Positions 1 to 10,530 are shown, numbered from the stretch's first letter. The stretch is DNA of 64,000 nt from an uncultured delta proteobacterium (GCA_963769935.1 CAVYNY010000022.1:192001-256000); one strand, 5' to 3'. Translations and numbers: made by a program. Notes: a model not told the origin generated them from the letters alone.

Positions 1-2
1 TA

Positions 3-179
3 AAAAATAATGCCGACTACCTGAAAAGAATGATAGCTGATGTGGAGAATCCGGAATTCTGTGCACATAAGGCGCAGGTCTACATCGGTGATGCGCTTGC
101 CGCCGGTGAACTGACCTGGTGGGAACCGTATTCGGAGATTCATGCCCGGAACATCGAGACCATTCAAAATCTTCAATGA
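3..179 (+). CDS. 3' end of a gene running in from the left edge; product unknown
   Basis: Open frame from 3 (KNNADYLKRMIADVENPEF...WWEPYSEIHARNIETIQNLQ) to TGA 177-179, ending 7 nt before the next ATG. Confidence 0.6.
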   Translation, partial: KNNADYLKRMIADVENPEFCAHKAQVYIGDALAAGELTWWEPYSEIHARNIETIQNLQ

Positions 180-186
180 CGGTAAT

Positions 187-1032
187 ATGACAACTCCGGA
201 AATAGCGGCGATAATATACGGGCTTGTTTCAGCGGTATCGTGGGGTGCGGGCGATTTTTCAGGCGGCTTCGCCACCCGATCAGGCAGTGTATTGGGGGTG
301 CTTTTCGTCGGCTACCTCGTTAGTGTGGTACTTTTAACTATCTGTGCCCTATGGCTTGGAAGCCCCCTGCCGAATCTATTCTCTTTCGCAGCCGGAGCAT
401 TGGCGGGCGTTACCGGTTTGATGGGTCTGGCCGCCCTTTATAAGGGCCTGGCGGGCGGGCAAATGGGAATCGTGGCGCCGCTTACAGCAGTCACCACCGC
501 CGTTTTGCCGATTCTTTTGGGCATGTTTTTGGAGGGATTTCCTGCAAGACTGCGGATTATGGGGTTTCTGGCTGCCTTTACGGCGATCTGGCTGCTTTCG
601 GTGCCTGAAAAATCTCAGGAATTTCAATGGCGGCAAATCAGTTTACCGATAACGGCCGGGATTTTTTTAGGGCTATCGCTCATACTGGTCGATCAGGCAG
701 CCGAGCAGAGCGTGTTATGGTCTCTGGTCGGCAATAGAATTGCCGGCATAGCTGTTTTAATTGTGCTGTTGATAGTATTTCGCCAGGGCAGCATGCCGTC
801 AAAGGGCAGCTACCCCATCATCTGCCTGGCCGCTATTTTCGATACGGGCGGCTATATTTTTTATGCATTGGCTGCGAGTACAGGCAGACTTGATACTTCA
901 GCCGTCCTTGCCTGCATGTATCCTGCTACAACGGTTATGCTGGCGTGGCTGCTTTTGAAGGAGCGCCTCTCGGGCCGGCAATGGATGGGCGTGATCGCAG
1001 CATTTATTGCCATCACTTTGATAGCTGTTTGA
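187..1032 (+). CDS. EamA/DMT family transporter
   Basis: About 10 hydrophobic segments; WGAGDFSGG start and LLKERL...QWMG end motifs; ATG 187 preferred as start. Confidence 0.9.
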   Translation: MTTPEIAAIIYGLVSAVSWGAGDFSGGFATRSGSVLGVLFVGYLVSVVLLTICALWLGSPLPNLFSFAAGALAGVTGLMGLAALYKGLAGGQMGIVAPLTAVTTAVLPILLGMFLEGFPARLRIMGFLAAFTAIWLLSVPEKSQEFQWRQISLPITAGIFLGLSLILVDQAAEQSVLWSLVGNRIAGIAVLIVLLIVFRQGSMPSKGSYPIICLAAIFDTGGYIFYALAASTGRLDTSAVLACMYPATTVMLAWLLLKERLSGRQWMGVIAAFIAITLIAV

Positions 1033-1216
1033 GAGACTCGTTTGTTGCAGACATAAAGGATATTGGCATGGAATCAGAGATGTAAGTTCCTGCAGATACC
1101 ATTTTACCGGAGTGTTGGCGTAATGGAGTATTTTGCTATAATTCCAGAGCCCCTCGGGGGGTTTCAAAGCCGGGTCCTGCGGGTCCCGGACGCATTGAAT
1201 GACCAGGAGATAAAAT

Positions 1217-2119
1217 ATGATCAAAAATCCCGTACCTTGGCCCGACGGCAAAAAATGTGCGGTGGCCTTCACCTTTGATATGGATACCGACAGCCTCATT
1301 CACCTGGCGCATCCGGAGGACGGCTTCCGGCGGGTTTCCGGCATATCGATGCTGCGGTACGGGCCGGAAGTGGCCGTGCCCCGAATTGTCGACACTTACA
1401 GGGAATTCGGCATTCAGCAGACGTTTTTTGTTCCCGCCTGGTGTATCGAGAATTATCCGGCGGCCGTAAAAGCAATGGTGGACGGCGGCCACGAAGTCGC
1501 CCATCACGGCTACCTCCACGAAAATCCGCTGGCCGGCAGTCGGGAGGAACAACACTATTGGCTGAAGCGGGGGATTCGGATCATTGAGAATGCCACCGGG
1601 CAAAGGCCGCGGGGGTGGCGCGCCCCGCTTTACAACTTTTCGGACAATTCAGCGGACCTGCTGATCGAAGAGGGATTTCTCTACGACGCCTCGCTGATGG
1701 GCGATGATGTGCCCTACATTTTAAAAACCGATCGGGGTGAACTGGTTGAACTGCCGGCCCACTGGGGTGTCGATGATTGGCCGCAATTTGTCCAGTCCAT
1801 GGACCTGGACTACATGATGCCGATTAAAGCGGCGTCGCGCGGCATCGAGGTTTTTCGGGAGGAGTTCGACGTTATGCACGAATATGGCGGGCTTTGGATC
1901 GGCGTCTGGCATCCGTTTGCGACGGGCCGCCTGGCACGCTGGCGCCAGGTGGTGAAACTCATCGAGTACATGCAGAGCAAAGGCGACGTCTGGTTTGCCC
2001 GCATGGAAGATATCGCCCGGCATGTTCGGCAATGCATCGATGACGGCCGGTATTCCCCCAGGATTGACAAACTGCCCTACTATCACGGCAAGATTTCAGT
2101 GCGGCCGATTAAGGAGTGA
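1217..2119 (+). CDS. Polysaccharide deacetylase (CE4, PuuE/PgdA-like)
   Basis: TFDMD, HEVAHHGYLHE, RGWRAP and YDASLM motifs; AGGAG RBS. Confidence 0.9.
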   Translation: MIKNPVPWPDGKKCAVAFTFDMDTDSLIHLAHPEDGFRRVSGISMLRYGPEVAVPRIVDTYREFGIQQTFFVPAWCIENYPAAVKAMVDGGHEVAHHGYLHENPLAGSREEQHYWLKRGIRIIENATGQRPRGWRAPLYNFSDNSADLLIEEGFLYDASLMGDDVPYILKTDRGELVELPAHWGVDDWPQFVQSMDLDYMMPIKAASRGIEVFREEFDVMHEYGGLWIGVWHPFATGRLARWRQVVKLIEYMQSKGDVWFARMEDIARHVRQCIDDGRYSPRIDKLPYYHGKISVRPIKE

Positions 2120-2225
2120 CGGCATCTTCAAAAGCCATGAGTCAGCCAACCGGCAAGGCCGTTGACCGGACGGTTTTTCAAGAATCCCGCCGGGGATAAA
2201 ACTGAGGAGCTTGCGATGGATGATT

Positions 2226-3071
2226 TTATTCCAACTTCGCAATTTGTTCGCGCATCAGGCGCATGACATGCCGCTCAAGTTCTAGGTATCCGGGCATGCT
2301 CAGTACCGCTTCTTTATCCGAAATACGACAGCCGTTTTTAAAATCAGTAATAATGTTTTCGCGAACAGTGCCCGGATGCCTGGACAAAAAAATGATGCGA
2401 TCCGCCAGAAACAGCGCTTCATCAATATCGTGGGTAACAAGCAGCACGGTCGTGCTGGAGCGCTCGAGTATAGTGAGCAGCAGTTCCTGCATACTCCATC
2501 TGGTCTCGGCATCCAGTGCGCCAAAGGGTTCGTCCATTAACAGAATTGACGGATCATTGGCCAGCGTGCGGGCGATCGCCACACGCTGTTTCATGCCGCC
2601 GGAAAGCTGGTGCGGATACGCATTTTTAAACTTGGTAAGTTTTACCAGCTCAAGAAAATGTTCGGCGCGTTCACGTCGTTCGTTCGGCGGGACATTGTTC
2701 AGACGCATCCCGTATTCCACGTTTTTCTGCACGGTGAGCCAATCGAAGGAAGTATACGACTGAAAAACCATACCACGATCCCGGCCGGGACCGACGATCT
2801 CTTTTCCGTCGAGAAAAAATTTGCCGGAATTAGGCTCCTCCAGCCCCGCTGCCATCCGCAGCACAGTCGACTTTCCGCAGCCGGAGGGTCCTAATAGCAC
2901 ACACAGCTCATTTTCGTGTACGTCAAACGTGACCTTTTCGACAGCCGTGATGCTCAACCCCTTTTCAAGCTGAAAGACCTTGGATACATCTTGAACCGAG
3001 AGCTTTACCCGGCGGTTCTGGCCGGGTGCGCATTCACCGTTTATCCGCGGCCGGCTGTTTTCTGCACTCAC
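2226..3071 (-). CDS. NitT/TauT family ABC transporter ATP-binding protein
   Basis: Walker A GPSGCGKS, LSGGMKQR, LLMDEPF; GTG start at 3071 overlaps the permease stop (GTGA). Confidence 0.92.
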   Translation of the reverse strand: MSAENSRPRINGECAPGQNRRVKLSVQDVSKVFQLEKGLSITAVEKVTFDVHENELCVLLGPSGCGKSTVLRMAAGLEEPNSGKFFLDGKEIVGPGRDRGMVFQSYTSFDWLTVQKNVEYGMRLNNVPPNERRERAEHFLELVKLTKFKNAYPHQLSGGMKQRVAIARTLANDPSILLMDEPFGALDAETRWSMQELLLTILERSSTTVLLVTHDIDEALFLADRIIFLSRHPGTVRENIITDFKNGCRISDKEAVLSMPGYLELERHVMRLMREQIAKLE

Positions 3072-3895
3072 TGATTGCCCTCCACGATGTAAGGGAACAG
3101 GCGACGATGGGCTGTCTTGAAGAGAAAGTCGAACATCAGGCCCAATATGCCGATGACCACGATGCCGGCCATGATAGAATCGGTATGTAAAAAGCGCTTG
3201 GCCCGCATCATCATGGCCCCGATCCCCGTTGACGAGGCCACGATTTCCGCAATCACCAGATAGGTCCAGCTCACCGCCAGCATTTGGCGCATTGCGACAA
3301 CGATATTCGGCATGACGGCCGGCACAATTACCGTCCACAGAATTTGCCAACGATTCCCGCCCAGCGTCATCGCCGTTTCAAGCAGTTCGTTGCCGACTGA
3401 TTTGGTATAGTCCATGATCATCGTGATTAAAAAAAAGACTACCCCTATGAACAGCAGCGCAAGCTTGGGCGCATCACCGGTGCCGAACCACATCAGCAGG
3501 ATGGGGATAAAGGAGGGGGCGGGGAGGTAGCGCCAGGCCATAACGAATGGGTTGAAAAAAGACTCGGCCACTCGAAAGGAGCCCATCAATATTCCGAGAG
3601 GAATCGCAATGGTGCAGGCCGCGGCAAAGCTCAGAATAATTCGGTAGATGCTGATGAGAATGTCTTTGATAAATCCATGGTAGACGATCTGCTCATAGAG
3701 CGCCGCGATCACTTTCTGGGGCGTGGGTACCAGCAATTCCGTCACCCAGCCCAAGGCGACGGCAAGTTCCCACAGCAAAAAAAATATCAGCCAAACAGCG
3801 ATACCCAGCCCCAGAAACCAGCTCCAGGGTATGGGTTTTTTGTATTCAAACCAGCGCTGTTTGCGCTTTTCGGCCGGTATTTCCGATTGGGTCAT
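3068..3895 (-). CDS. NitT/TauT family ABC transporter permease
   Basis: Hydrophobic; EAA-like ETAMTLGG; WTYLVIAE...GIG. Confidence 0.92.
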   Translation of the reverse strand: MTQSEIPAEKRKQRWFEYKKPIPWSWFLGLGIAVWLIFFLLWELAVALGWVTELLVPTPQKVIAALYEQIVYHGFIKDILISIYRIILSFAAACTIAIPLGILMGSFRVAESFFNPFVMAWRYLPAPSFIPILLMWFGTGDAPKLALLFIGVVFFLITMIMDYTKSVGNELLETAMTLGGNRWQILWTVIVPAVMPNIVVAMRQMLAVSWTYLVIAEIVASSTGIGAMMMRAKRFLHTDSIMAGIVVIGILGLMFDFLFKTAHRRLFPYIVEGNQ

Positions 3896-3907
3896 ATTTG
3901 AATGCTT

Positions 3908-4984
3908 TTACTTGCGCGCTGAAAAGGACTGGCGATAGCCCTCATTGATCAGGTCCTGCATGAGACTGCAATCGACTCCCTTGGCGGGGTCGTGCACCTT
4001 TTTCAGGACGCCCAACTTTACCCACCATTCATTGGTTGTTTTGACGCTTTCCAGAAACCCGCCATGTTTCTGGCCCAGTCCCGGTTCACCATCCAGGACG
4101 CCGCAAAATCGGGCCGACTCATCGAAGTCAAACATGTAATTGCCGCCGAGAAGATACTTTCCGTTGGTACCCATCACGGATTCGACGTCTGCGACCGGCC
4201 AATCCAGATATTTGGCAAAAAATTTGTTGGTTTCAGCCGTGTGATCGTGCCAGTAGCCGACGGCATCCCAGCGGGCGCGCAGCATGTCCAGCGCCGCCTT
4301 GCGTCTGTTTTTAATGAAATTTTTATTCATATAAATTGAATCTCCGAACATGCCCTTTTCAAGGAAGTAGGGCTCGGAAGTATTGGCGACACTTTTGCAT
4401 CCCGGCATACTGGCGATAAGTTTGGAGACCCACGGTTCATACATATAGGCGGCGCTGATATCGCCGGAGAGCATTGGGCCGACAGCCTCGTCGGCGTTTA
4501 AGTTTACCCAGCTGACGTCTTTGGGCGTTATCCCATGCTTGTCGAGCCACAGACCCATCAACAGTTGGCCGATGTAGGCCTGGGGAGCTGCGACCTTTTT
4601 GCCTTTTAGATTTTGAGGCTCAATTCCGGGAGCCAGCGTGATTTGATCGACACCATAGGAGGGGTTGGTATAGGCCACGTTGGTCACTGGAAGATCGCTT
4701 TCGATGGTAAAGGAAATATAGTCCAAAGTGCATACGTAGATGTCCAGCTGTCCGGCCGCCAACATCGCATGTCCGCCCAGCGGATCCTCCATGATGCTGA
4801 CCTCGATGTCGTAATCGGGCGCCATATTTTTCTCTCGGACAAGTTCATAAAAACTGTATCCCGGCCACGACACGCAGGCGCCGACTTTTACCTTCTCTTT
4901 GGCTGCCACTTCCTGGCAAAAGGCCATGAGGAACAATGCGAACACGACGGGGATAACTATCAATTTTTTGGACTTCGGATTCAT
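3908..4984 (-). CDS. NitT/TauT family ABC transporter substrate-binding protein
   Basis: Signal peptide; WPGY, SYGVD, LKGKKVA and YEPW motifs; first gene of the operon. Confidence 0.88.
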   Translation of the reverse strand: MNPKSKKLIVIPVVFALFLMAFCQEVAAKEKVKVGACVSWPGYSFYELVREKNMAPDYDIEVSIMEDPLGGHAMLAAGQLDIYVCTLDYISFTIESDLPVTNVAYTNPSYGVDQITLAPGIEPQNLKGKKVAAPQAYIGQLLMGLWLDKHGITPKDVSWVNLNADEAVGPMLSGDISAAYMYEPWVSKLIASMPGCKSVANTSEPYFLEKGMFGDSIYMNKNFIKNRRKAALDMLRARWDAVGYWHDHTAETNKFFAKYLDWPVADVESVMGTNGKYLLGGNYMFDFDESARFCGVLDGEPGLGQKHGGFLESVKTTNEWWVKLGVLKKVHDPAKGVDCSLMQDLINEGYRQSFSARK

Positions 4985-5181
4985 TCTGCCTTCCTTCCGT
5001 GTTGTGGTAAGTAGATTTTTCTGCAGCGGCTCGAGGTTATGTTATAGAGATCAATATTTTTGTTTGTCAATAAAAAAAGATGATTGGGATTTAGCGCGGG
5101 CGGTAAAATTCAATGGCGCTAGAGGGCCGGTTGTGATATTGAATCTGGATTCGAATTTTCAGTGATAACGGAGGCCAACGC

Positions 5182-5937
5182 ATGAGGCCTTTTAGACTCA
5201 AAGACAGGGTCGCAGTGGTAACGGGGGGCAGCCGGGGAATCGGCAAGGGCATTTGTGTCGCCTTTGCCGAAGCGGGGGCCCACATAATCTTTTCCTATGC
5301 TTCAAACCACGAAGCGGCCGGCCGGACTGCTGCGCAGGTGCGGTCCTTTAATGTTCGATGCATGGCCGTTCAGGCGGATGCGGGCAGTGAAGCCGATATT
5401 GAGCACCTGGCCCTAAGGGCGCAAAAGGAATTTGGCAGGATCAATATCCTGGTAAACAATGCCGGCACCATCGGCCAAGAATTTGCAGTGCAGGATATGC
5501 CGGCCGAGGAATGGGATCGTCTGATTTCCGTCGATTTGCGCGGCGTGTTTTTGTCTGCGAAATACTTTATCCCCCTGATCGAGAAACGTCCGGCCGGCAA
5601 AATTATTAATATTACTTCCGAACTGTCTAAAAAAGGCAGGGCCAACTTTGCGCATTATTGTGCCGCTAAAGGCGGTATTAACAGCTTTACGCGCAGTTTG
5701 GCGCTGGAGCTGGCGCCGCATATTCTGGTCAACGCCATTGCCCCGGGTCCGATTGCAACCGATATGATAACGGCGGACATGGAACCTGAATGGGTTGAAA
5801 AAGAAAAAGATATCCCCCTCAGGCGCCTGGGTACGGTGGAGGAAATCGCCGCAGTAGCGCTGCTGCTGGCATCCGATGAAGGTAATTTTTTCTGCGGCCA
5901 AATTATCAGCCCCAATGGCGGCGCCGTATTTTTTTAA
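5182..5937 (+). CDS. SDR family oxidoreductase (FabG-like)
   Basis: TGGSRGIG, NNAG, YCAAK, VNAIAPG. Confidence 0.93.
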   Translation: MRPFRLKDRVAVVTGGSRGIGKGICVAFAEAGAHIIFSYASNHEAAGRTAAQVRSFNVRCMAVQADAGSEADIEHLALRAQKEFGRINILVNNAGTIGQEFAVQDMPAEEWDRLISVDLRGVFLSAKYFIPLIEKRPAGKIINITSELSKKGRANFAHYCAAKGGINSFTRSLALELAPHILVNAIAPGPIATDMITADMEPEWVEKEKDIPLRRLGTVEEIAAVALLLASDEGNFFCGQIISPNGGAVFF

Positions 5938-5949
5938 AGACGAAAAGCT

Positions 5950-6579
5950 ATGGCTTCCGATAAAGACAGTTCCAGACCGCGGGTTGCACTGGTGACGGGT
6001 GCTGCCGGCAAAATCGGCCGTGCCGTGGTCAAACGGCTGGCGTCGGCCGGCTGGAGGGTCGCCGGAATCGATCCCAAAGCGAATTATGCTGAAATATCGA
6101 TTCAAGCGGATGTCGCCGACCGAACTGCCGTGTGGGACGCTGTGGCTGCTGTGGCAGGGCGATGGGGGATGATCGAATTGCTCGTTACCGCAGCCGCCGA
6201 CTATCGACAGGCTATGATCGGCGAGATGTCCTTGCTGCGCTGGCAGCGGATGCTCGACATATGGTTGGGAGGAACCGCCAATGCCTGCGCAGCCGTATTG
6301 CCCAAAATGGTTGAGGCCGGCCGCGGATGTATCGTGGTCCTGGCGGCTGATGTCAGACCCGGCGGCCAAGGGCAAACATATGTTGCGGCAGCTTCGGGCA
6401 CGCTGGCGGCCTTCGTAAAAAGCCTGGGCAGCGAGGTGGCCGCCGGCGGTGTACGTGTAAACTGTCTGGCGGTTAAACATTCGATCAATCCCGATTGGGT
6501 GGCCGAGACAATCTGCTTTCTGGCAGACGAGGGCCGGTATTATGCCGGCCAGGTGATGTTTCCCGGATCTGATTCTTAA
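5950..6579 (+). CDS. Short SDR-fold protein with degenerate catalytic motif
   Basis: TGAAGKIG Rossmann motif and GVRVNC present; no YxxxK. Confidence 0.8.
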   Translation: MASDKDSSRPRVALVTGAAGKIGRAVVKRLASAGWRVAGIDPKANYAEISIQADVADRTAVWDAVAAVAGRWGMIELLVTAAADYRQAMIGEMSLLRWQRMLDIWLGGTANACAAVLPKMVEAGRGCIVVLAADVRPGGQGQTYVAAASGTLAAFVKSLGSEVAAGGVRVNCLAVKHSINPDWVAETICFLADEGRYYAGQVMFPGSDS

Positions 6580-6598
6580 CGGTAGAGAAAGACGCTTT

Positions 6599-7378
6599 AT
6601 GGATCACACTCAAAGGCTGAAGGATAAGGTCGCCCTGGTGACCGGCGCCGGCCAGGGTATCGGCAGGGCAATTGCTATACGACTGGCCCGGGAGGGGGCT
6701 CGGGTAGCCGTTAACGGGCGCATGGCGCATCCCAAGATTCAAGCGGTGGCCCGCGAAACCGGCGGTATTTCCGTGGTTGCGGATATTGCCGACAGCATCC
6801 AGGTCGCACGGATGGCGGCGGCGGTTGAGAAGCAACTCGGGCCCATTAATATCCTGGTTGCCAATGCGGCCTACATGAACATGGCGCCCTTTTTGGAGCA
6901 GGACCCTGCCGATTGGTGGAAGCATTTGAACGTCAACCTGACCGGTCATTTATCCTGCATTCACGCTGTAGTGCCGGGCATGAGACGCCTGGGCGGCGGC
7001 AATATCATCATCATCAGTTCAATTTTCGGTGTCGAAGGGTGGAAAAACGCCTCGGCCTACGCGGCATCCAAGTCAGGCTTGACCGCCTTGGGAGAATCTC
7101 TGGCCGAAGAACTCCGATCGGAGAACATCCATGTCGGTATTGTGCATCCCGGTGTCATTGATACACCGCAGCTTCAGGTCGATGCCAAAGATCTCAATCT
7201 TACGGTAGAAGAAGTCAAGGCCGTGTATGCCCGGGACATACCCATGGGCCGAATCGGAGATACGCAGGAGGTGGCGGCAACCGTTGCGTTTCTGGCGGCG
7301 GAAGGCGGGCCTATTTTTTCCGGCCGCAGTCTTCAGATCAACGGTGGACAAAGCCGCTGTTCCTGCCGACCGGGGTAA
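6599..7378 (+). CDS. SDR family oxidoreductase
   Basis: TGAGQGIG, ANAA, YAASK. Confidence 0.93.
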   Translation: MDHTQRLKDKVALVTGAGQGIGRAIAIRLAREGARVAVNGRMAHPKIQAVARETGGISVVADIADSIQVARMAAAVEKQLGPINILVANAAYMNMAPFLEQDPADWWKHLNVNLTGHLSCIHAVVPGMRRLGGGNIIIISSIFGVEGWKNASAYAASKSGLTALGESLAEELRSENIHVGIVHPGVIDTPQLQVDAKDLNLTVEEVKAVYARDIPMGRIGDTQEVAATVAFLAAEGGPIFSGRSLQINGGQSRCSCRPG

Positions 7379-7460
7379 ATTGTTTGACTGATCCGTATCC
7401 GGCGATATGTAGTATTTTGAAAATTTTATAACAAAAAGACCGAGCGCAGCGTTTCCTTAA

Positions 7461-7510
7461 TTTTAGGCAGTTTTAGGCAATTTAGGCAATTTAGTGCATT
7501 TTAGACATTT
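7461..7510. repeat. Degenerate 9-10-mer tandem repeat (TTTAGGCAA)
   Basis: About five imperfect copies; same family as the 38801-38852 repeat, in reverse complement. Confidence 0.8.
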
Positions 7511-7598
7511 ATTTATTATTCGATATCAGATTGTCATGATAAGAGGCTGAGGTAAAAATTTATACGACCAAGTAAAGTTAAAGTATAGGAGGTTTAGC

Positions 7599-8738
7599 AT
7601 GACGGAAAATGAAAAAAAGACGGTTGTCAGCTCCTGGAATGAATGGGATCCTTTAAAGCACGTCATCGTCGGACGTGCAGAAGGCGGCATGCTGCAGGCA
7701 CCGGAGCCGGCCGTATACCGGGATTTCAGCAAAGACGGTTTTCCTTTCGGCAAGTGGGGACCCATGCCCGAGGAAAGAGTGGCCAAAGCCGTTGAGCAGC
7801 TGGATAATTTTGCCGGTATTCTCAAAAAGCGCGGCATCCGCGTCGATCGGCCCGAACCGCTCGATTTCAGTCAGGCGATCCAGACGCCGGACTGGAAACA
7901 GGAGTCTATGTTGGGCTGTATGCCGCCGCGGGATCTGCTGTTGACGGTCGGCAATGAAATCCTGGAGGCCACCATGTCTTTTCGCAGCCGCTGGTTTGAG
8001 TATCTTTGCTACCGGCCGGTGCTGGAAAAATACTACGCGGAAGATCCCGATTTTCGCTGGGAAGCCGCTCCCAAGCCGCGTCTCACCGAGCGTACCTACA
8101 AAAAAGACTGGCATAAAGAATGGAATCAGCTCAGCGACGCGCAACGCCAGAAAAAAGCGGAGGCCAGCGACTGGATAATTACCGAAGTCGAACCGCTCTT
8201 CGACGCGGCCGACGTCGTGCGCTGCGGCAAGGACCTTTTCGTGCAGTATTCAATGGTCACCAATGACGCCGGGATCCGTTGGCTGCGCTCGCATTTCCGC
8301 GATCATCGGGTGCACAAGGTGCGTTACAAGGAAATGCAGCCATGGCACATGGACTCGACCCTGGTGCCGATCCGCCCCGGGCTGGTCGTCTGCAACCCGG
8401 CCCGGCCGGTTTTAACTCCCAAGGTCACGGAACTGTTTGAAAAGAATGACTGGGAAATTATCTGGGCCCCCAAGTCGGTTCTCAAAGAGAAACGGCCGCT
8501 GTGTTACTGCAGCATCTGGCTGAACATGAACTTTCTGGTGATCGACCCCAAGACCGTCTGCGTCGAGGCCAGCGAGACCCCCATGATGGAGGCCCTGGAC
8601 AAGCACGGGGTCGAGGTCGTTCCGGTGCCGTTTTACGACGTGGTCATGTTCGGCGGCTGCCTGCACTGTGCTACGGCGGACGTCTACCGCCAAGGCGGCT
8701 GCGAGGATTACTTCCCCAAACAAGTGGAGGGATTTTAA
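7599..8738 (+). CDS. Amidinotransferase (glycine/inosamine-phosphate amidinotransferase family)
   Basis: SWNEWDPL, PPRD, FDAAD, HMDST and GGCLHCAT; Asp/His/Cys triad intact; AGGAGG RBS. Confidence 0.92.
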   Translation: MTENEKKTVVSSWNEWDPLKHVIVGRAEGGMLQAPEPAVYRDFSKDGFPFGKWGPMPEERVAKAVEQLDNFAGILKKRGIRVDRPEPLDFSQAIQTPDWKQESMLGCMPPRDLLLTVGNEILEATMSFRSRWFEYLCYRPVLEKYYAEDPDFRWEAAPKPRLTERTYKKDWHKEWNQLSDAQRQKKAEASDWIITEVEPLFDAADVVRCGKDLFVQYSMVTNDAGIRWLRSHFRDHRVHKVRYKEMQPWHMDSTLVPIRPGLVVCNPARPVLTPKVTELFEKNDWEIIWAPKSVLKEKRPLCYCSIWLNMNFLVIDPKTVCVEASETPMMEALDKHGVEVVPVPFYDVVMFGGCLHCATADVYRQGGCEDYFPKQVEGF

Positions 8739-8815
8739 CTCTTATGCGCTTCGGGCTGAATTGACGGCTTGAAGCAGATGGAAGGCACCAAACCAATTTG
8801 AAAGGAGGCCGAAAT

Positions 8816-9892
8816 ATGAAATTTTTTTCCTTGTCATCCGGTTGGAAGGGATTTTTCTTAACGTTAACCGCCGTTAGCTTCATTTGCAGCTCCCCGGCAG
8901 TCGCCAAAACATTGATCATTAAGTTCGGCACCTATGATCCGCCGCTTGAGCTCACCCTGGATAAAACCAACGGTGAATTCGCGTCGACCAACATCAAGGG
9001 CCAGGCCTTCAAAGATATTATCGAAAAGAAAAGCCGGGGTGAGATCGAGGTCAAAGTGTTTCCCTCCGGTCAACTTGGCAATGACCGCGAAGCCCTGGAG
9101 ATGATCAAGGCCGATACCATGGACATGAGCGGCTATCCCGGGGGCCCGATTACCAACTTCGCCCCGGAGATTCTGGCGATTCAAATCCCCTACTTGTTCA
9201 AAGATATCAACGTCGCCAAGAGAGTGTTGACAGGCCCTGTCGGAGAGGAATTGGTCGAACTGATTGCCAAGCGAGACGGAATTCGAATTCTGGCCTGGGG
9301 TTTTGAAGGGCCCTATTACAATTTCATGTCCGTTAAAAAGCCGATTCATGTGCCCAGCGACTTGAAAGGACAGAAAATCAGGACGCTCGAGACTCCCAAT
9401 CTGGTGGAGATGGTCAAACTTGCCGGGGGAACGCCGACGCCGATTTCTTTCTCCGAGCTTTATACTTCCCTTCAGCAGGGAGTGGTGGACGGCTGCATTA
9501 CGGCCGATCCGTTCGTGCGGATGATAAAACTGGACGAGGTGCTGAAATATATCAATAAGGCCGACTTTTACCTGGGAATGTCCAACATTTATGTGAGCGA
9601 GAAATTTTGGAACAAGCTGTCGGCCGAGCAAAAATACCTGATTAAAGATGCCTCCCTGCAAGCCATGACGACGTTTGAAGGCCTGACCTTGTGGGGCGGA
9701 ACGGTATGGGGCAGCTTTTTTAAGAAGGAAGGGATCGAAGTCTATGTCCCTACTCCCGCCGAGATGAAGATATGGCAGGATACTATGCATGAACCTATGG
9801 TTAAATGGACCAAAGAGCGCATCGGGGCCGAGTGGGTAGATAAATTTACCAAGGCTTCCCAGGAAGCGGAGAAAGAATTGTACGGTAATTAA
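8816..9892 (+). CDS. dctP: TRAP transporter substrate-binding protein
   Basis: Signal peptide; VFPSGQLG, DLKGQKIR, ELYTSLQQGVVDG. Confidence 0.92.
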   Translation: MKFFSLSSGWKGFFLTLTAVSFICSSPAVAKTLIIKFGTYDPPLELTLDKTNGEFASTNIKGQAFKDIIEKKSRGEIEVKVFPSGQLGNDREALEMIKADTMDMSGYPGGPITNFAPEILAIQIPYLFKDINVAKRVLTGPVGEELVELIAKRDGIRILAWGFEGPYYNFMSVKKPIHVPSDLKGQKIRTLETPNLVEMVKLAGGTPTPISFSELYTSLQQGVVDGCITADPFVRMIKLDEVLKYINKADFYLGMSNIYVSEKFWNKLSAEQKYLIKDASLQAMTTFEGLTLWGGTVWGSFFKKEGIEVYVPTPAEMKIWQDTMHEPMVKWTKERIGAEWVDKFTKASQEAEKELYGN

Positions 9893-10044
9893 TCCGCATT
9901 AATCCGCCCTGAAAAGTCGGACCTTGAAGATCGCAAATTAATCGTTGAAAAAGAAGGTGTCTGTTGGATCGAAGGTTTGGCGGATTAATTATTTTATGCT
10001 TCGCATTCTTTAAAAACCCAATCTCTCCCAAAAGGAGCGGCTTC

Positions 10045-10530
10045 ATGCGAAAATTTAACGACCTCCTATTGGGGCTGTGCAAATATGCCCTCATCGTAAT
10101 GGTGCCCGTCATGACGGGGATTATCTTCGTGCAGGTGGTTTTGCGCTATGTTTTCCAATCGCCGTTTAGCTGGGCCGAAGAGCTGGCCCGCTATCTGCTG
10201 GTCTGGATCACCTGCCTCGGATCTGCCTATGCGATTCGCGACGGCATGCACATCAGCATTAGTTATCTGCGAACTAAATTGCGGGGTCCGGCCCAAACGG
10301 CCGTGACGGCGATAATTTATGTTATTACCCTGGGGTTTTTCATCTACTGCATCAAAGAGGGGTCGATGTTCTCGCTGGAGCAGTGGAGCCAGCGTTCGAC
10401 GGCCATGCAGATCCCGATGACCATTCCCTACATGGCGATCCCGCTCGGCTTTACAATCATGTTTCTGGTGGGGCTTGAATGCTTCATCGCGGAGATGCGC
10501 AAGCCGGCTATGGGCAGCACTGCGAATTGA
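10045..10530 (+). CDS. dctQ: TRAP transporter small permease
   Basis: QVVLRY, WAEELARY, HISI; four TM segments. Confidence 0.9.
   Translation: MRKFNDLLLGLCKYALIVMVPVMTGIIFVQVVLRYVFQSPFSWAEELARYLLVWITCLGSAYAIRDGMHISISYLRTKLRGPAQTAVTAIIYVITLGFFIYCIKEGSMFSLEQWSQRSTAMQIPMTIPYMAIPLGFTIMFLVGLECFIAEMRKPAMGSTAN

Noticed and set aside
5413..6480. Long antisense ORFs (also 8864-9790, 40786-41919, 52286-53194)
   Set aside because: They are shadows of well-supported genes on the opposite strand and have no recognisable motifs.
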